The notes under the pieces: model-generated
The model's database searches: none
The model's input: the letters and a program-made list of their open reading frames with translations, nothing else
What the model was told of the DNA's origin: nothing
Program-made: the position numbers and the translations under genes
Source: Candidatus Micrarchaeota archaeon
GTDB taxonomy: Archaea; Micrarchaeota; Micrarchaeia; Anstonellales; Bilamarchaeaceae
Direction of reading: 5' to 3'
Length of the DNA stretch: 59,881 bases
Assembly (NCBI GenBank): GCA_043800955.1
Contig: JAZDMN010000078.1
Span: 1 to 59,881 of the forward strand
In this document: piece by piece, positions 27,272 to 35,848 of the stretch
How the letters are laid out: each line of letters begins with the position of its first letter
How positions within the stretch are numbered: the first letter of the stretch is position 1

Positions 27272-27409
27272 CGCTAGGGGGGAGATTTGAACTCCCGAAC
27301 GCTTGCGCGCAAAAGGTTTCTGCAACGCTTTTTACTGCCCGTTTTTGGGCGCTTTTTCCTAAAAAGCGCGATAGCAACCTTTCGCCCTACCAGGCTAGGC
27401 GACCCCAGC
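27272..27409 (-). tRNA. tRNA-Ser(GCU), class II, with ~54-nt intron at the canonical 37/38 position (27371..27318)
   Basis: GCTGGGG/CCCTAGC plus G discriminator. D-arm GCCT-AGCCTGGTA-GGGC. Anticodon arm AAAGG-TTGCTA[intron]A-CCTTT. Long variable arm T-GCGC-GCAA-GCGT-TC. T-arm GGGAG-TTCAAAT-CTCCC. Confidence 0.75.
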
Positions 27410-27600
27410 TGAAAATTTCCTTCGATTTCACTTAGGATAAATTTTCATCAAACTTCTTGAGGCATACTTCAACTGGGGGCACATGTCCGGAACTCCGGCC
27501 ATGAACGACCCCAGCAGGAACTCTCGTAAAATCGAATTAGAGAATTGCAAGAAACCTTATCCGCAAAGTGGTTTAAAAGATAACGGATAGGAGGGTATTC

Positions 27601-28530
27601 ATGGCAAACGAAGGCATCGACCAGGACGAGCTCAGCCGCTTCGAGGTCGCATTGGTTCAGGAGCTGGCCAAGCGCGGTTTTGAGATGATACTGATCGGCG
27701 ACGAGCTGACCTTCGAATCGCTTAAGACCAAGCGGAGAGGCTCTGCCAACCTCGTCACCTTCTTCAAAGTCCATAAAGGTGGGAAAAGCGTCGAAGAGGT
27801 CGCGGACCAGATAACCGGGATGCTTGATACCCTGGCGTCGCCGGCGCCCCAGGTTCCGGGCGAAAAGCCGCAGCCGAGATTCGACCTGGACAGATTGTAT
27901 CCGCTGATAAAGGGCCCGGATTTCATAATGGCGTACCATAAAACCCTCGAAACCAGGTTAGGCGCTAATCTGCCCCCGAACCACCCGTCAATGCCCGTCG
28001 TGTTCAGATACGCCAAGGACCACGAGGTGTACATTCTCTGCGGATTCGACATCGGAACAGGCTATGCCTACCTGATGAACGGGGTTTTCAATGAGTACAG
28101 TATCAGCGAATCGGACCTTTTCAAAAGGATGATGCAGAACCTTGTCCGGAAGATGGATGCCATCATCAGGGAGAAAAAATTCAGATACCTGAAACAGGCT
28201 GACGGGGTTTTTTCCATCGCGTTTCCTGAGGACCTGGCCCCCTCATTCCTTCTTCTGGCCAACAGGTATTATGACCTTCTCGAAGAGATAACAGGCATTA
28301 AAGGGGGAAAGTTCTTCTGGGCATTTTGCGTAAGCGGGGAGGAGATGCTTATTTGCAGTCCCTCCCTGTCAGATGAGACCCTCGGGGTAGTTGTCGCAAC
28401 AGTCCATCAAAGGCAGGAAGAGTTGATGAAGCGCCCGGAGATGCATCAGATAATCAGGATTGAGCCGATGGTCATTCTCAGGGAGGGAATGACTTTCCCG
28501 GCCCCTACACAACCTTCCCCCAAGCGCTGA
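27601..28530 (+). CDS. Hypothetical protein
   Basis: 309-aa ORF with ordinary composition and no motif recognised. Confidence 0.5.
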   Translation: MANEGIDQDELSRFEVALVQELAKRGFEMILIGDELTFESLKTKRRGSANLVTFFKVHKGGKSVEEVADQITGMLDTLASPAPQVPGEKPQPRFDLDRLYPLIKGPDFIMAYHKTLETRLGANLPPNHPSMPVVFRYAKDHEVYILCGFDIGTGYAYLMNGVFNEYSISESDLFKRMMQNLVRKMDAIIREKKFRYLKQADGVFSIAFPEDLAPSFLLLANRYYDLLEEITGIKGGKFFWAFCVSGEEMLICSPSLSDETLGVVVATVHQRQEELMKRPEMHQIIRIEPMVILREGMTFPAPTQPSPKR

Positions 28531-29695
28531 GCCGCCATCTCTGGCCCACCTTCCTGGAAAGGGCCACGTGCATGTCCTTGTGCACGACGGTCGGCTTCTT
28601 GAGCTTGATTGTCGCGATTCCCTTTGCCAGCTTCGCGACGACGCCGACACCAGTAGATGTGTGGATATTGACCACGACGGGCTCGGCTTCCCGTAATGGC
28701 ATGTTCTGCATGTCCGCCCTCTCGAGCAGGTTGTATTTCACATTGAGCGTGTCGACCGGTTCGGGGACTTCGCCTTTGCGCCCCACCACAGAGCCGACGA
28801 AAGCATCGGATTTTGTGAGGGACGGGTCTAACGTGGTCCCGATTGCAACAAGGCCGCCGGCCCTTGCCGACTCGAGCTTCTCTGTCTCTTCCATTAGGGC
28901 CTGGACCGTGCATAAGACAGAGGATGGCTTTGCGCCCTCCTTTCTGGAAATCCCGGGCTTTATCTCTATCTCATCTCCGAGTTTGAGGACGCCCTGGACA
29001 ATCGAGCCCCCGAGGACTCCGCCCTTGAGGTCTTTTATCTCGGCTCCGGGACGGTTGACATCGAATGAGCGCGAAACATACATACGCAGCTCGGCCTTCT
29101 CGTCGTGCTTTGGCTGCTTCATCACGTCGTTTATCGTTTTAAGAAGGACGTCTATGTTGAGGCCTGCATTGGCCGAAACCGGAATTATCGGGGCGTTTTC
29201 AGCCGCTGAACCCTTGAGGAACGCCTTAATCTGCTTGTAGTTCTCGATTGCCTTTTCCCTGCCGACGAGGTCTATCTTCGTCTGGACTATTATGATGTTC
29301 TTTATCCCGGTGGAATTGAGCACGAGAAGGTGCTCGGCGGTCTGCGGCTGGGGGCAGGGCTCGTTTGCGGCTATCAAGAAGAGCACGCCGTCAAGGATGC
29401 TGGTGGCGGATATCACCGTCGTCATCAGCGTCTCGTGGCCCGGCGCGTCCACTATGGACAGCTTGCGGAGCAGCTTCGTCTTGCCGCCGCATTTTGCGCA
29501 TTTGGCGTCAGGCGAAAGCAGGTCGCATTTCGTGCAGTTATATATGTAGGCATCGGCATAGCCGAGCCGGATAGAGATTCCACGCTTTATTTCCTCGCTG
29601 TGCGTATCGGTCCATTTGCCGGTAAGCGCCTTTGTGAGCGTGGTTTTCCCATGGTCGACATGCCCCAGCATGCCGACATTCATCTCGGCTTGCAT
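28505..29695 (-). CDS. eif2g: Translation initiation factor aIF2 gamma subunit
   Basis: GHVDHGKTTL, the zinc knuckle CTKCDLLSPDAKCAKCG, NKID-like QTKIDL. 1-nt overlap with rps6e. Confidence 0.92.
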   Translation of the reverse strand: MQAEMNVGMLGHVDHGKTTLTKALTGKWTDTHSEEIKRGISIRLGYADAYIYNCTKCDLLSPDAKCAKCGGKTKLLRKLSIVDAPGHETLMTTVISATSILDGVLFLIAANEPCPQPQTAEHLLVLNSTGIKNIIIVQTKIDLVGREKAIENYKQIKAFLKGSAAENAPIIPVSANAGLNIDVLLKTINDVMKQPKHDEKAELRMYVSRSFDVNRPGAEIKDLKGGVLGGSIVQGVLKLGDEIEIKPGISRKEGAKPSSVLCTVQALMEETEKLESARAGGLVAIGTTLDPSLTKSDAFVGSVVGRKGEVPEPVDTLNVKYNLLERADMQNMPLREAEPVVVNIHTSTGVGVVAKLAKGIATIKLKKPTVVHKDMHVALSRKVGQRWRLSAWGKVV

Positions 29696-30084
29696 TATTT
29701 GCTCTCCTTTTTCTCAGCCTTGGGAAAGAGCTGCTCGAGGGGGGTGCTGCCAGGCGCCTTGACCTTGCAGTTCACCTGGACTATTTCTGCAGAAAACGTA
29801 TTGCCGCGGATATGCTTGCGCCTCCGGGCGCCATCTTCCTTGGCGTTGAAGCCCACGCCGTCGCTCATGAGTATCTGCTTCTTGGCAGAACCGTGCACTT
29901 CCACCCTCATGGGGAAGCCGCTTCCGTCGGAGCCGCCCGTAAGCGTAAGGGTGTAGCCCGCAGCGCCGACGAGGTTTCCGTCGAGCTCGTCCCCGAGCTT
30001 CTTGCCGATGATGCCTGCTTCCTTGTCTTTAGGGAGCTCGAACTGGTAGCTCTTTCCGCTAGATTCCGATATAACTATCCGCAT
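29695..30084 (-). CDS. rps6e: 30S ribosomal protein S6e
   Basis: GGSDGSGFPMR and GARRRKHIRGNT. Confidence 0.9.
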   Translation of the reverse strand: MRIVISESSGKSYQFELPKDKEAGIIGKKLGDELDGNLVGAAGYTLTLTGGSDGSGFPMRVEVHGSAKKQILMSDGVGFNAKEDGARRRKHIRGNTFSAEIVQVNCKVKAPGSTPLEQLFPKAEKKESK

Positions 30085-30172
30085 GTGTTCACCTCACAAA
30101 TAGAATAGGACAAGAGATGATTTGATTGGGATTGTTTTAAAAAGATTAGGAAAAGGAAAAAGAAGAAAAAAT

Positions 30173-30388
30173 TCAGGCATTCTTCAGCTTCGCCTTGTAT
30201 ACGTAGCCGTCCTTGCCAAGGTAGTACATGAAGCCATCTTCCTTGTTAATCTTCTCAGAGCCTACCTTCTTCTTCTTACCCCTTGTATTGTGCTTCATTG
30301 GCGCAGCCCAAACGTAGCCGTCTTTTCCGACGAAGTACAGGTATCCATCTTCCCTAGAGATTTTTTCAGATCCGACTTTTGATCCCAT
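30173..30388 (-). CDS. Small basic protein made of two ~30-aa repeats
   Basis: KVGSEKISREDGYLYFVGKDGYVWAAPMK / KVGSEKINKEDGFMYYLGKDGYVYKAKLK. GGAAGGTG lies upstream of the ATG. Confidence 0.55.
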   Translation of the reverse strand: MGSKVGSEKISREDGYLYFVGKDGYVWAAPMKHNTRGKKKKVGSEKINKEDGFMYYLGKDGYVYKAKLKNA

Positions 30389-30468
30389 GTTGACACCTTC
30401 CTAAAGCCTCCCGCGGGGAGGATTCGTTAATTCCGAGAGATAAACCTAGATATATTTTATAAAGGTAT

Positions 30469-30484
30469 CGTCGATGCATCGACG
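30469..30484. promoter_or_regulatory. Perfect 16-nt palindrome next to a TATA box in a divergent promoter
   Basis: CGTCGATGCATCGACG, 5 nt downstream of TTTTATAAA (30455-30463). Confidence 0.4.
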
Positions 30485-30584
30485 GAAAAAGCACATTTTT
30501 AAAGTGTCGGCGTCAAAACGGCGCAAATACAGGCGACAAAGACCTCGGAAAAGGTTAATAAGCCTAGGAACGCTTGTCCATTCC

Positions 30585-30845
30585 ATGTTCCAGGTCTTCG
30601 CCCGCCCAAAGCCGTGCAGGATACTCGTGCTCCTTCGTGATAGCGAAACGAACTGGCACCTCTCAAAGCTCGCCAGGGGGAGCGACACCACCTATGTATA
30701 TGTGACAAAGCTGGTCTCCAACTTCCAGAAAAGCGGCCTTGTCACAATCGAGCCTAAGGGCAAGAAGAGGATTGTGAAGCTCACCGACAAGGGGATGCGC
30801 GTGGCGAAATCCATCGAGGAGTTAAAGAACTCGCTCGAAGGTTAA
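30585..30845 (+). CDS. Small winged-HTH regulator (ArsR/MarR-like)
   Basis: MFQVFARPKPCRILVLLRDSETNWHLSKLARGSDTTYVYVTKLVSNFQKSGLV. The track start at 30474 lies inside the promoter palindrome. Confidence 0.6.
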   Translation: MFQVFARPKPCRILVLLRDSETNWHLSKLARGSDTTYVYVTKLVSNFQKSGLVTIEPKGKKRIVKLTDKGMRVAKSIEELKNSLEG

Positions 30846-30876
30846 GATTCGTTTTGGAAAAAAATGATTGTTAAAA

Positions 30877-31311
30877 TCAGACCGCTCGGAGCGCAGTGCT
30901 CTTCTTGAGGTAGCTCACCACTTTCTCGTATCCGATGTAATGCGAGTATACCGTCACTTCGACCGGGTACGAGCCCTCCTTCGTCTGGTTGCTCGACCAT
31001 ATGGTAATCGGCACATCGAGCGACGCGCCGGGCTTCAGCTCCCCAAGGCGCTTCTCCGCGGCCTTGTTGATGCATGCCGGGTCGAATCCTATCATCGCAT
31101 CGCGCGGAAGCAGCGCATCGACAGAAACCAGGTGTGGCGATGCGGAGATGTTCTTTACCTTAACGACGAGGTTGACAGAGCTGCGGTTCTTTGCTGAGAG
31201 GCGCAGGGGGGCAAATGAGATTGAGACATTGAACGGGTTGGATGACTTGTCTTCCGATGGCGCCTCTTGCGAGCCTTTGTCGCTCCCTAGAACAGAATCC
31301 CAGAATCCCAT
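30877..31311 (-). CDS. Hypothetical protein (probable Ig/CARDB-like beta-sandwich)
   Basis: 144-aa ORF with alternating beta-strand-like pattern NLVVKVKNIS...LDVPITIW...YPVEVTVY. Confidence 0.5.
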   Translation of the reverse strand: MGFWDSVLGSDKGSQEAPSEDKSSNPFNVSISFAPLRLSAKNRSSVNLVVKVKNISASPHLVSVDALLPRDAMIGFDPACINKAAEKRLGELKPGASLDVPITIWSSNQTKEGSYPVEVTVYSHYIGYEKVVSYLKKSTALRAV

Positions 31312-31345
31312 ATTTTCACCTTGATAACAGTACCATATTATAGCA

Positions 31346-31894
31346 TCATAATATTAAAACCGCAGCGGCGACGACGGACGTCCAATTCCCATCCTTGTCG
31401 CATACCGCCGATTGCGTGATATTCATCGTTTTGACGAATTTTCCGCTCATCTTGAACTGCTGCTCGCGCTCATCCCAGGCGGTATTGGAATCGAATGCGA
31501 TGCCAAGCGATGACGCGAGCATCGTGGCGGCAAGGTCCTCCGCGTATTCCCCGGCCTTCTCCTCGGTCTGGCCGAACGCATGGTGCTCGCTTAAGTAGCC
31601 GTAGATTTCCTTGTCTGCCGGAATCGCGCATCCGACTGATGCCGCTATCAGGCGGTTGGGCTCGTTCGCCGCGCAGCGGGAAAGAACCGTGAACACTACC
31701 TGTCCGCTATAAAGGTGCTTGAGGCCTTCGGTTTTCGGGATAATCTCCGCCTTGGGTGCGAGGATACTTGAAACGGTAACGAGATTGAATGGCGAGATTC
31801 CGGCATCGCGCAGGGCGAATTCGAATGATGTGAGCTGCTCTGTCGCCCGGCCGACGCCTTTTGTGAAAAAGACCTTCTTCGGTATGAAATCCAT
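31346..31894 (-). CDS. pdaD: Pyruvoyl-dependent arginine decarboxylase
   Basis: [11 protein letters not shown] and [11 protein letters not shown] (self-cleavage Ser-Ser). Confidence 0.85.
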   Translation of the reverse strand: MDFIPKKVFFTKGVGRATEQLTSFEFALRDAGISPFNLVTVSSILAPKAEIIPKTEGLKHLYSGQVVFTVLSRCAANEPNRLIAASVGCAIPADKEIYGYLSEHHAFGQTEEKAGEYAEDLAATMLASSLGIAFDSNTAWDEREQQFKMSGKFVKTMNITQSAVCDKDGNWTSVVAAAVLIL

Positions 31895-32009
31895 GCGATA
31901 GATACTATGGATAGTGTTTTAATATTCCTTGATGCGGCTGGTAGTGGCCGCAGCTAACAGAAAGGAATTTATTACCAAACCAATAATCCCGATGATACGA
32001 GGTGTCAGG

Positions 32010-33266
32010 ATGGAATATCAGCAGAAACTCTTATTGGTCACGGCAATCCTTGTAGCGGTTGCTTTGTATATTGTGTTCACGACGGCTCCGGCCCCGGGCC
32101 CGGAGAGCAGCGAGGAAGCGGAAGCGCTCCTTCTGAAATCCGCGGGATTCGGGAAGGGATTGACGGACTACACATACTCATACAGCGATATGTCGGATGG
32201 GTATAAGACCACTTATTCTCTGATAAAGGCCGGCGATGCGGGCTTCATCGAGATAAGGAACCCGCTTTCGACAAAGAAGGTTTATTTGCTCCCAAATGAC
32301 ACTATATTCTGCATCCAGTACCCCGTCAACGAGTCGTGCGTCTCGGTTGCGAACAACAGCGAGATGGGGAACTATATCAGCTTCGTGCAGTCGAAATTCT
32401 TCAACGACACGAACATCCTCAAGGCCGAGAGCGCGATGGGCGAGCTGATAAAGAAGGGCTACCTCCGCGTCGAGCCCGAGATAACGAACAAGGCCGTGGG
32501 TACGTTCGCCTGCAGCCAGGTCGTTTACATAATCGACTATTCCAATGTGACGGTCGACGAGGCGTCCAGGTACGGGATTGGAGCGCAGTCGCCAAAAAGA
32601 TACTCGCTCTACCGCTGCATAGATGCCGAGGGCGGGCTGGCTTACGAGACGGGCCTTTTCTATATCGACAAGGTGATGGAGCACAACAAGCTCACAACGG
32701 TCTCCGCGTTCAGGATGGATGCCCCCGCGATTGCGCCCCCGGCTAACCTTTCCGGCGATGCCATCAGCATCTTCAGGAAGGAAAGGGAGCAGCAGGTGAA
32801 GCTTGCGACCTGCCACACAGATAAGACGGGCGAGGAGAAGGACAAGTGCGTATCAGACATCGCATTCAACCTGAAGCGCAAGGACATCTGTGAGCTTTCC
32901 ATGTCCAAGAGGGACACGTGCCTGCTTTCCATAGTTTCACTGACGAAGGATGAGACGATTTGCCAGGCCATTTCAGATGCAGGTATGAAGGACAGCTGCT
33001 ACATCGAGCTTGCAGGCGCTTACAAGGACAGCACGTTCTGCGCGAAAGTGGCTGACGCGTCCAAGGTCCAGGCTTGCCAGGATGCTGCAACGCCGAAACC
33101 TGCTCCGCAGGGAAACGAGACGGCAGGAAATGTCACCGGAACGGCTGGGAATACGACAGGAACCGTTGACATAGAAAAGCTACTCGACTATGTGGACAAG
33201 GAAGACTCGGATAATGGCAATGCCTCTGCGGAGAATGCCACCGCAGGCAATGAATCAGAGGGCTGA
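32010..33266 (+). CDS. N-terminally anchored extracellular protein with C-terminal ~13-residue Cys-containing repeats and an N/T/G-rich tail
   Basis: Start moved to MEYQQKLLLVTAILVAVALYIVF. Repeats read KDKCVSDIA / KDICELSMS / RDTCLLSIV / ETICQAISD / KDSCYIELA / STFCAKVAD / VQACQDAA. Confidence 0.55.
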   Translation: MEYQQKLLLVTAILVAVALYIVFTTAPAPGPESSEEAEALLLKSAGFGKGLTDYTYSYSDMSDGYKTTYSLIKAGDAGFIEIRNPLSTKKVYLLPNDTIFCIQYPVNESCVSVANNSEMGNYISFVQSKFFNDTNILKAESAMGELIKKGYLRVEPEITNKAVGTFACSQVVYIIDYSNVTVDEASRYGIGAQSPKRYSLYRCIDAEGGLAYETGLFYIDKVMEHNKLTTVSAFRMDAPAIAPPANLSGDAISIFRKEREQQVKLATCHTDKTGEEKDKCVSDIAFNLKRKDICELSMSKRDTCLLSIVSLTKDETICQAISDAGMKDSCYIELAGAYKDSTFCAKVADASKVQACQDAATPKPAPQGNETAGNVTGTAGNTTGTVDIEKLLDYVDKEDSDNGNASAENATAGNESEG

Positions 33267-33287
33267 AATGCAAACCCACCCCGAATC

Positions 33288-33306
33288 TTTTTTTTAATTT
33301 TTTTTT
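33288..33306 (+). terminator. Oligo-T terminator
   Basis: TTTTTTTTAATTTTTTTTT, 22 nt after the stop at 33266. Confidence 0.5.
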
Positions 33307-33329
33307 ATAAAAGCGCAGGAAAAGCGCTG

Positions 33330-33338
33330 TTATAAATA
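33330..33338 (+). promoter_or_regulatory. TATA box for the glycosyltransferase gene
   Basis: TTATAAATA, ~30 nt upstream of the ATG at 33367. Confidence 0.45.
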
Positions 33339-33366
33339 TCCGCCCGGCAATCGCATTGGGATAACG

Positions 33367-34527
33367 ATGAAGATTGCGCTTTTCACCGATACGTACCTCC
33401 CGCAGACAAACGGTGTGGTTGCCTATCTTTGCGATATCATAGGCGCCCTTTCAAAGGAACATGAGGTCGTGCTTTTCGCTCCTGGGGAGGGGGACTTTTT
33501 TCACGAGCGGGTTTCGAAGAATTTCAGCATATACTGGATGCCATCATCGCCTTTTCCGTTCTATGAGAGCTACAGGGTCGCATCGATGGATTACCGGCGC
33601 GTGAGCGCGCTCATATCGAAGGAGAAGCCGGATATCATCCATGCCCATGCACCGATAAACCTCGGCCTTCAGGGTATGATAGCGGGGAAAAGGAAAAGAC
33701 TGCCGGTCGTGGCGACATACCATACGCATTATCCGGATTATGTGCCGCATCTTCTCAACGGGAAGCTCCCATCCATCTTCGGGAAGGTCGGGCACCTTAC
33801 TGCCAAAAAATTCGTGAAGCACACGTTCGGCATGGCAGATATAGTCACGGCGCCGACCAGGGAGCTTGCATCCGAACTGCGCTCGTATGGGATGAAGAAT
33901 GTGGTGCCCCTCCAGAACGGGATTTGCCTCAAGAAGCTCAGGTGTACGGCAAAGGAGGCTGCGCATTTTCGGAAGACGTATTCGATACCCAGGGGCAGGA
34001 GGACGGTCATCTACCTTGGCAGGATAAGCTTCGAAAAGAGGCTGGATAAGCTGCTCGAAGCATACGGGATGATTGAGGATGATGGCAAGCTGCTGATTAT
34101 TGCCGGCGGAGGCCCGTACCTGGAAAAATTCAAGGCCCTTTCCTCCTCGCTCGGGATAAGGAATATAGTTTTCACGGGGTATGTGAAGCGGCCGGCAATC
34201 GCCTATTCTGTGGCCGACGTATTCGCTTCTGCCTCCGACAGCGAGACTTTCGGGCTGACATTTGTCGAGGCCATGCACATGGGGCTGCCTGCAATAGGCG
34301 TCCGGAAGCTCGGGGCAAAAGAGGTCATAACGGACAAGAAGGATGGCCTCCTCGTAGAGCCGGGGGATACAAAGGCCCTTGCGCAGGCCATCAGGCGCCT
34401 CCTTGAGGATAAAGGGCTGTGCAGCGCGCTTGCCAGGGAAGGCAGGAAGACCGCCAGAAGGTTTTCGATTGAGAACAGCATGGAAGAGACGATCAGGATA
34501 TACGAAAAGCTCCTGAAATCGCGGTGA
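33367..34527 (+). CDS. Family 4 glycosyltransferase
   Basis: GRISFEKR and ETFGLTFVEAMHMGLPAIG. Confidence 0.85.
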   Translation: MKIALFTDTYLPQTNGVVAYLCDIIGALSKEHEVVLFAPGEGDFFHERVSKNFSIYWMPSSPFPFYESYRVASMDYRRVSALISKEKPDIIHAHAPINLGLQGMIAGKRKRLPVVATYHTHYPDYVPHLLNGKLPSIFGKVGHLTAKKFVKHTFGMADIVTAPTRELASELRSYGMKNVVPLQNGICLKKLRCTAKEAAHFRKTYSIPRGRRTVIYLGRISFEKRLDKLLEAYGMIEDDGKLLIIAGGGPYLEKFKALSSSLGIRNIVFTGYVKRPAIAYSVADVFASASDSETFGLTFVEAMHMGLPAIGVRKLGAKEVITDKKDGLLVEPGDTKALAQAIRRLLEDKGLCSALAREGRKTARRFSIENSMEETIRIYEKLLKSR

Positions 34528-34983
34528 TTGTGCATATACCTTATCATCGGCATCGACCCTGGGATAAAGACCGGATATGCCATACTCGACCTTTCCGGAA
34601 ACCTTGTCGCAAGCGGGTGCGAGAAGGAAGCCAGCGACGAGAGGCTGGTCAAAATCATATCCGATGCCGGCACGCCAGTACTGATTGCCGCGGATACGCA
34701 CCCGCCGTCGCATTTTGTCCAGAAGATTGCCGCGAGGCTCAATGTCCGGGTTTTCTCCCCCAATGGCAGCATGAGCAAGCTCGAAAAAAGGCAGATTGGC
34801 GCGCGTATCGATGATGTCCATATACGGGACTCATATGCCGCCGCGATCAAGGCGTTCAGACGCTACCAGAACCGCCTCCGGCAGATAGATTCCATGCCCC
34901 TCGGGGCAAGGGAACGGGAAGGGCTTAAAAGGATGGTAATATGCGGGCAGAGGATAGCGGACGCCCTGAATGCAAACATTTAA
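34528..34983 (+). CDS. RuvC/RNase H-fold protein resembling the N-terminal part of archaeal DUF460
   Basis: LIIGIDPGIKTGYAILDLSG...GTPVLIAADTHPPSHFVQKIAARL. TTG start abuts the GT4 stop. Confidence 0.5.
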   Translation: MCIYLIIGIDPGIKTGYAILDLSGNLVASGCEKEASDERLVKIISDAGTPVLIAADTHPPSHFVQKIAARLNVRVFSPNGSMSKLEKRQIGARIDDVHIRDSYAAAIKAFRRYQNRLRQIDSMPLGAREREGLKRMVICGQRIADALNANI

Positions 34984-35008
34984 ATATCAAAAATGAGCAA
35001 TAACAGGA

Positions 35009-35689
35009 TTGTTGTGGGTGATACCAGTGGCTCTCAGGAAGACAAAGAAAAAGGCTTTTAAGGGAAAGAAGGTCGCAAAGGCCAGGAAGGCCAAAATTAC
35101 TGCCAAGTCCAGTTTCAAGGGGAAATCCTCGAAAAAGCTCCTCAAGAAGCCCCTGAAGAAGCCTGAAGAGCCTGCACCTGTGAACAACCAGGTGGACACC
35201 GAAAAGTTCATGCAGAAAGTCGGCAGGATACTCGGCGATTCCAACGTCAGGCAGGATCTGATCGAGATTGGTGGGGAGAATGCCCTTGCCATCGTCAGGA
35301 ATTTCTACGGCAACCACAGCGACGAGGAGCTCGCAAAGAAGCTAAAAATCAAGATCAGCGACGTGCGCGCCACGCTCAACAAGCTCCATAACGAAGGGCT
35401 CGTGAACTACATTCGCGAAAAGGACAGCGAAACCGGCTGGTATTCATACAGCTGGTCGCTGAACCATGAGAGGATGGAGAGGTGGGCGACCACGCATACC
35501 GCCAAGCTGAACGCCGTCACTAGCGAAAGCGGCGTGGAGTACTATTTCTGCCCCACTTGCGGCACGTCAAGCATAACGAATTTTGAATCTGCCGCCAACG
35601 TCGATTTCAGGTGCGACCGCTGCAACAGGCTTTTGGAATTCATCGACGAAAAAAAGATGGCCGGATTGTTCGAGAAGCAGAAATCCTGA
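35009..35689 (+). CDS. tfe: Transcription factor E alpha (TFIIE-alpha homologue), possibly with a Lys-rich N-terminal extension
   Basis: wHTH ELAKKLKIKISDVRATLNKLHNEGLV and zinc ribbon CPTCG...CDRCN. An alternative start is MQKVG at 35210. Confidence 0.8.
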   Translation: MLWVIPVALRKTKKKAFKGKKVAKARKAKITAKSSFKGKSSKKLLKKPLKKPEEPAPVNNQVDTEKFMQKVGRILGDSNVRQDLIEIGGENALAIVRNFYGNHSDEELAKKLKIKISDVRATLNKLHNEGLVNYIREKDSETGWYSYSWSLNHERMERWATTHTAKLNAVTSESGVEYYFCPTCGTSSITNFESAANVDFRCDRCNRLLEFIDEKKMAGLFEKQKS

Positions 35690-35848
35690 ATTTGCCCGTG
35701 TTTTTCAGGATTATTCTATAGACGCGAGAGGCAGCCATATCCTAGGGTGAGAACGCCCAGACCATTTGCCTTACCCCCAACCCCACCTGAGGCTGTCCTC
35801 AGGAAGTTTCGCGGGCCTTTATCATAGGTTAGACTTAAGGAAAGGCCC

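Noticed and set aside
27469-27939. 156-aa minus-strand ORF
   Set aside because: It overlaps the longer plus-strand ORF 27601..28530, has an Arg/Leu-rich off-frame composition, and would start within tRNA-flanking DNA.
33544-34821. 425-aa ORF on the minus strand
   Set aside because: It is antisense to the GT4 glycosyltransferase and the DUF460-like gene. It is Arg/Pro-rich with no motifs.
35786-35848. Two inverted repeats between tfe and the 855-aa gene (CCTGAGG-ctgt-CCTCAGG; GGGCCTTT-20 nt-AAAGGCCC) as a possible ncRNA
   Set aside because: They sit in a convergent 3'/3' spacer, so ordinary transcript-end structures are the simplest explanation. No further evidence is available.
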